This document shows positions 59,201 to 64,000 of a DNA stretch of 64,000 nt, piece by piece. The stretch lies in the NCBI GenBank assembly GCA_963788495.1, contig CAWBGX010000010.1, positions 1,076,205-1,140,204 of the forward strand, read 5' to 3'. Both the position numbers and the translations under genes were made by a program. This DNA comes from an uncultured Acidobacteriota bacterium. GTDB taxonomy: Bacteria; Acidobacteriota; Terriglobia; Acidiferrales; UBA7541. The notes beneath the pieces were generated by a model. That model was not told the DNA's origin. It worked only from the letters and a program-made list of their open reading frames with translations, and ran no database searches. Position 1 is the first letter of the stretch. Each line of letters opens with the position of its first letter.

Positions 59201-59296
59201 GTAACCCCATTTAGAATCAACACTTGCAAAAGTGTATCAAAACAAAGGACTTTAACTACCTCTAGAATCAACACTTACAAAAAAGAGGCAGGGGGG
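59201..59296 (+). repeat. second cluster of the AT-rich unit / G-tract family
   Basis: TAGAATCAACACTT(G/A)CAAAA twice, 51 bp apart, flanking an inverted unit (reverse complement AAGTCCTTTGTTTTGATAC); ends in GGCAGGGGGG. Confidence 0.8.
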
Positions 59297-59414
59297 ATAC
59301 CTCGGGCTCTCATGTTACTCATCACCTCGAGGGACCGGCGCAGAACGAGCCAGTCAAAGCCAGGGCCAACCTTCATAACGCTTACGGGAACAGGGGGAAG
59401 ATATTGTTCGGCTG

Positions 59415-60290
59415 CTACGCTTCGCCCCACTTCAGCTTGCTCCGCAGGATGTCGAAATAAGACTTCTTCGGCGGCTGGATCAGGTTCAGCTTCTCCGCCG
59501 CCCTCTTGATCCGCACCCGGTCGGCGCCATGCATCGGGATACCGGTCTGCCCGTCCAGCGTCAAAAACACCGACTCGGTATCCGCGGACAGATTGATCTC
59601 CACCAGCGACGAATCCCGCACCACCAGGGGCCGGTCCGTCAGCGTATGCGGGCAGATCGGCGTAATCACCCAGGACTCGACGGCGGGATGCACGATAGGG
59701 CCGCCGGCCGACAGGGAATAGGCCGTCGACCCCGTAGGCGTCGCCACGATCAAACCGTCGGCGTGGTACCGGCACACCACGTCGCCGTCAATGGTCAACT
59801 CCAGGTCGATCATGCGCGCCAGTTCGCCTTTATTAATGACCGCGTCGTTCAGCACCGTCTGCCGCTCGATCACCGTGCCGCCGCGCTCCAGCTCCACGGC
59901 CAGCATCACTCTCTCGCTCGACGACAAGCGCCCCGCCAGCGTCTCTTCCAGCGCCGGATACATTTCTTCCAGTGTGAAGCTGGTGAGAAAGCCGAGGCTC
60001 CCCATATTGATCGGCAGAATAGGAATTCCCAGAGGCGCCGCAACCCGCGCAGCCGCCAGCAGCGTGCCGTCGCCACCCAACACCAGCAGCAGCTGCGATT
60101 CCTTGGCCAACTGCTCGCGGCTCAGTCCTTTGGACGAGTCATGCAGGGAACTCGCCGTTTCCGTGTCGTACAGCGCGCGGATTCCGCGGGCCGCAAACCA
60201 ATGCAGCAGCGGCGGCACAACCACAGCCAGGTTGGAACGCCGGGGCCGCGAAATGATGCCAATGGTCTGGAAGGGCGCGGAAGGCTGCAT
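59415..60290 (-). CDS. nadK: NAD kinase
   Basis: LGGDGT, GSLGFL, LND, DGLIVATPTGSTAYSLSAGGP. Confidence 0.97.
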   Translation of the reverse strand: MQPSAPFQTIGIISRPRRSNLAVVVPPLLHWFAARGIRALYDTETASSLHDSSKGLSREQLAKESQLLLVLGGDGTLLAAARVAAPLGIPILPINMGSLGFLTSFTLEEMYPALEETLAGRLSSSERVMLAVELERGGTVIERQTVLNDAVINKGELARMIDLELTIDGDVVCRYHADGLIVATPTGSTAYSLSAGGPIVHPAVESWVITPICPHTLTDRPLVVRDSSLVEINLSADTESVFLTLDGQTGIPMHGADRVRIKRAAEKLNLIQPPKKSYFDILRSKLKWGEA

Positions 60291-60301
60291 GTGTCTGGAT
60301 T

Positions 60302-61054
60302 CTACTCCAGCAATTTTTTGCGTGCGTGCAGAAAATATTCCTGGTTGCCTTCCGCGCCGGGCAGGCAACTGGGCCGCGTGCCCAAGATCGCCAACCCGGC
60401 GGCCAGGGCTGCTTTGCGGACGCTGGCAACAGCCTTTTCGTGCAGCGCCTGGTCCGCCACGATGCCTCCGCGGCCCACGTCCTCTCGCGGCAATTCAAAC
60501 TGCGGCTTTACAAGGATCAGCGCGTCCGCTCCGGGTTTCATGGCCGTTGCCGCGGGCGCCAAAACTTTGCTTACGGAAATAAAGGAAACGTCCGCGACCA
60601 ACAGGTCGATAGCTTCGGAAATATCCTCGCCGCGCAAGTCCCGCGCATTGCGCTTGATCCGCACAACGCGATCATCCTGCTGCAGCTTCCAGGCCAGTTG
60701 ATCCACGTTGACATCCACTGCGTAAACACGCGCAGCGCCCTTTTGCAGCAAGCAGTCCGTAAAACCTCCCGTTGAAGCCCCAACATCCAGGCAAACCCGC
60801 CCGCTCGGATCCACCAAAAAATCCGCCAATGCCCCTTCCAGCTTGATCCCGCCGCGGCTCGCGTATTTCAGCGACCGGCTGGCAATCTCGATGCGCCGCT
60901 CTTCTGAAAAGCTCGCGCCCGCTTTGTCGGCCCGCGCGCCATCCACTCGCACTTCCCCCGCTAAAATCATGGCTTGTGCTTTTTCGAGGGATTCGGCAAG
61001 CCCGCGCTCGACCAGCAGAACGTCGAGCCGCTTCCGCGCTGCCTTGGATTTCAT
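60302..61054 (-). CDS. tlyA: TlyA-family rRNA methyltransferase
   Basis: S4 domain, YASRGGIKL, DVGASTGGFTD, DVSFIS, LVKPQFE, GNQEY. Confidence 0.95.
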   Translation of the reverse strand: MKSKAARKRLDVLLVERGLAESLEKAQAMILAGEVRVDGARADKAGASFSEERRIEIASRSLKYASRGGIKLEGALADFLVDPSGRVCLDVGASTGGFTDCLLQKGAARVYAVDVNVDQLAWKLQQDDRVVRIKRNARDLRGEDISEAIDLLVADVSFISVSKVLAPAATAMKPGADALILVKPQFELPREDVGRGGIVADQALHEKAVASVRKAALAAGLAILGTRPSCLPGAEGNQEYFLHARKKLLE

Positions 61055-61070
61055 GGGGCTCGCCGGCACG

Positions 61071-61994
61071 TCAGGCGCGGCGTAAAACGAGAAATTCCGC
61101 GATGTCGCGAAGCCGCTCCGCGCGCTCGGCGTAAGGCGCAAGCTCCGCAATCGCGCGCGTGGCCAGGTCGTTGGCAATTTCGTGGGCGCGCTCCAAACCG
61201 TACACCGCGGGATACGTCGCTTTCTGCTGCGCGACATCTTTCCCCGCAGTCTTGCCCAGCGCCGCCGAAGACTCTTCCACATCCAGAATGTCGTCGGTCA
61301 CCTGGAAAGCCCAGCCGATGCTCTCGCCAAACTTCCGCAAACGCGCCACGTCTTCCGCGCTTGCTCCCGCACACAAAGCCCCCGCGGTAACCGAAGCGCG
61401 AATCAGCGCCGCCGTCTTCGAGCGGTGAATGAATTCCAGCATCTTCGGCGCAATGCGCTTGCCTTCCGCTTCCAGATCGGCCACTTGCCCGCCGACCATG
61501 CCTTTGACGGTTCCCGCCGCCGCGGCTATTTCTTTCACCATGGCGATGCCGCGCTCCGCTTCCACCGGCGCGGCGCTGATGGTCTGGAAGGCCAGGGTGA
61601 GCAGCGCGTCGCCAGCGAGAATAGCGTTGGCCTCGCCAAATTTCTTGTGGCAGGTCGGTTTGCCGCGGCGCAGGTCATCGTTGTCCAGCGCCGGCAGATC
61701 GTCGTGAATCAGCGAATAGGTATGAATGAACTCGATCGCGCACGCGGGGTGCAGCGCGGGCGTGACATCGGGGGCAAAGATGCGCGCCGTCTCCAGGCAC
61801 AGAATCGGGCGGATGCGCTTGCCGCCGGCAAACACGCTGTACCGCATGGCTTCGTGGATCGAAGCGGGCTGCGTTTTCTCCGACGGCAACAGACGATCGA
61901 GCGCCGCATCAACGGCGATGCGGTCTTCTTCAAAGAAGGCGGGAAGTTTCATCGGGGAAGACGTAGCGGGCGTCGAGGAATGCGCCGCGGTCAC
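61071..61994 (-). CDS. ispA: polyprenyl (farnesyl/geranylgeranyl) diphosphate synthase
   Basis: GGKRIRP, SLIHDDLPALDNDDLRRGKPT, FQVTDDILD; start may instead be the ATG at 61952. Confidence 0.95.
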   Translation of the reverse strand: MTAAHSSTPATSSPMKLPAFFEEDRIAVDAALDRLLPSEKTQPASIHEAMRYSVFAGGKRIRPILCLETARIFAPDVTPALHPACAIEFIHTYSLIHDDLPALDNDDLRRGKPTCHKKFGEANAILAGDALLTLAFQTISAAPVEAERGIAMVKEIAAAAGTVKGMVGGQVADLEAEGKRIAPKMLEFIHRSKTAALIRASVTAGALCAGASAEDVARLRKFGESIGWAFQVTDDILDVEESSAALGKTAGKDVAQQKATYPAVYGLERAHEIANDLATRAIAELAPYAERAERLRDIAEFLVLRRA

Positions 61995-62263
61995 GATTCG
62001 CTCTCCGGTTCGGGATCGAACGCTTCCGCGACCAGTTTTCCGTCGGCTTTCTTGAGCAGGATTTCCACGCGGCCCTCGGCCTCTTCCAGTTGCTTCTGGC
62101 ACTCGCGCGAAAGGGCCACGCCTTCTTCGAATAATTTCATGGCGTCGTCCAGAGAAAGCTGCGGACTTTCCAGGCGGCGCACCACCTCTTCCAGGCGCGC
62201 CAGGGACCTCTCGAAATCAGGTTTCTTGGGCGGCTCGGGTTTCTTTGCCGGAATAGAATTCAC
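61991..62263 (-). CDS. xseB: exodeoxyribonuclease VII small subunit
   Basis: 'FERSLARLEEVVRRLE..LSLDDAMKLFEEG..L..AE..V'. Confidence 0.95.
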   Translation of the reverse strand: MNSIPAKKPEPPKKPDFERSLARLEEVVRRLESPQLSLDDAMKLFEEGVALSRECQKQLEEAEGRVEILLKKADGKLVAEAFDPEPESES

Positions 62264-62450
62264 GCGATCAGCCTTGTCCTCAGCGGGCGCCCGTTCGGTG
62301 CAGCGCCGCGCCATCGTATCGTGACCCGCTGCTCCGTGTAATTTCCCGGATCGCAAGACTCCGGCGTGGGAAGCAAAGAGCATTCTAAGGCACGGCGTCG
62401 AAGCGAAACAATCGCTTTGTGCGCCGGGTGTCCCTGGCTGGAGGCCGATT

Positions 62451-64000
62451 TCATGGCGCGGGTATCAAAGTCAGCGTGTGCTTGCGGGCGTTGGCTTCGG
62501 CGGCGTCGCTGAAAGGCTGAATAATGGGTTTGCCCTCGTACCAGTAAGAAAACTGGTCCGAATAATGGCTGCTGCCCGGCTGCCCGGACTGGCCCGCGGG
62601 AATCAGCAAAATCGATTGGTCCCAATTGCCGAGATTGGCGACGAAGCGCATGGCCGGCCCGTGATGTTTGGTGGCCGCGCGCACGCTGTATCCCGTGCCG
62701 GACTGCGGCTTGTCGGTGATGCTGAGCAGCTTCTTCAGCAAGCCTTCCCGCCCGAGGGGATGGAACATGTCCAGGGAATTAAATCTTTTCCACGGCCAAT
62801 CCTCGATCCGGGAACTCTTGGAGTCCTCGGTGAGCTTAGCCACGGCACGATCGGCGGCCGCCATCAGCAAGTCATCGTAATTCTTGTAGTTCTTCGGCAG
62901 CCATTTGTCGGGACGATCGGTCAGGACCTTCAGCAAGAATACGGTACTGCGCCATTGGTAGAGATTGGTTTGGTCTCCGAGGTAGGGCTCCAGGATCAGG
63001 GCCAGCGCGGTGCGCCGCGTGGCCACCAGAAACGAAACTTCCGCGGAATCCGCGTCGGCGATGCCATTCCAATCCTTCAACCCGTTGATGAGCTTCTTCG
63101 TGCGTTCGTCCTTCGGCTGGCTGATCTTGGCCGCCGCCAGCAACTGATCGGCGAGGAAGACATGCGGATAGCTGTAGGTATCGGTTTGCACGTTCAGCAT
63201 GTCGGTTGGCCGCAGATCGTGCTTATCGTGCAGCAAATCATAGATGCGCGCGGTGCGATACGGTTCTTCCCAGTGGTCGGTCAAATACGGTTTGTAGTTG
63301 GGTCCCACCACGCGCGCATTGGCGGTCACGATCAGCCCGCTATCCGGATTCAAGGCCTGGGGAAGCTGATCGAACGGAATGTAGCCGGTCCATTCGTAAT
63401 CATCGACGTCACCCGGAACGGGAACTTCCCCGTGCCCCTTTTTGCGAATGGGAACGCGCGCGGCCATGATGTAGCCGATGTTTCCTTTCACGTCGGCGTA
63501 CACCACGTTCTGCGCCGGCCCCCAAACATGTTTCATAAGGTTGCGGAATTCTTCCCAGTTCTGGGCTTTGCCGAGCCAGGTGTAGGTGTTTCCAAGGCCG
63601 CCGGGTTCGGTGGCGGTCCAGCGCAGCGCGTAGGCTTTGTCGCCCTCGCGGCGCACCACGGGACCGTGCCGGGTCACCACTACGTTCAGGTGTTCGTCCC
63701 GCTGACCCTTCACATGAATCATTTCGTCGAAAACCTGAGCCTTGACCCAGGCGTTCTTGACGCGGTATTCATCCGGCGCCGCCGGATTGAACTTCTCAAT
63801 ATACAGATCCTCCACATCGGCACCATTATTCGTGAAGCCCCAAGCGATCTTGTCGTTGTGGCCGATGACCACCAGCGGCGCACCGGGAAGCGTAAAACCT
63901 TTCACATTCCAGCCGGGTGCCGTCAGGTGTATTTCGTACCAGATGGGCGGGATGGAAAGTTCCAGGTGGGTGTCGTTGGCCAGCAGCGGCTTGCCGGTCG
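62451..64000 (-). CDS. penicillin acylase family protein (S45), C-terminal part
   Basis: 'GKPLLANDTHL..P.IWY', 'IGHNDKIAWGFTN', 'GQSGQPGSSHYSDQ'; extends beyond the window. Confidence 0.93.
   Translation of the reverse strand, partial: TGKPLLANDTHLELSIPPIWYEIHLTAPGWNVKGFTLPGAPLVVIGHNDKIAWGFTNNGADVEDLYIEKFNPAAPDEYRVKNAWVKAQVFDEMIHVKGQRDEHLNVVVTRHGPVVRREGDKAYALRWTATEPGGLGNTYTWLGKAQNWEEFRNLMKHVWGPAQNVVYADVKGNIGYIMAARVPIRKKGHGEVPVPGDVDDYEWTGYIPFDQLPQALNPDSGLIVTANARVVGPNYKPYLTDHWEEPYRTARIYDLLHDKHDLRPTDMLNVQTDTYSYPHVFLADQLLAAAKISQPKDERTKKLINGLKDWNGIADADSAEVSFLVATRRTALALILEPYLGDQTNLYQWRSTVFLLKVLTDRPDKWLPKNYKNYDDLLMAAADRAVAKLTEDSKSSRIEDWPWKRFNSLDMFHPLGREGLLKKLLSITDKPQSGTGYSVRAATKHHGPAMRFVANLGNWDQSILLIPAGQSGQPGSSHYSDQFSYWYEGKPIIQPFSDAAEANARKHTLTLIPAP

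Overview
High-GC bacterial chromosomal segment. Gene content and style suggest Acidobacteriota (Terriglobia-like); this is inferred from the Oar-type TonB-dependent receptor, secreted DinB, AsmA-like protein and GAAC-N7-GAAC-type SOS box. Housekeeping blocks are ffs-dnaX-ybaB-recR, imuA-imuB-dnaE2, hpt/GAF-PP2C/lysA and xseB-ispA-tlyA-nadK. Between them lie accessory genes for LRR, TPR-CHAT, Ig/lectin surface and Tat-exported glycosidase-like proteins, a gluconate dehydrogenase pair and tRNA-Arg(UCG). I found no CRISPR array, integrase or transposase. The two most unusual signals are (1) a non-coding family of ~30-bp AT-rich units ending in G-tracts, present at two loci (30.3-30.6 kb and 59.2-59.3 kb), each downstream of an apparently orphan sigma70 promoter, and (2) a sigma54 module in which a small PilZ-like gene and an orphan NtrC-type activator with a natural Asp->Glu receiver substitution each have their own -24/-12 promoter. 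Four genes (DUF962, dnaX, VOC, a Tat protein) carry net +1 frameshifts, probably sequencing or assembly errors. All calls were made by eye, without database searches.
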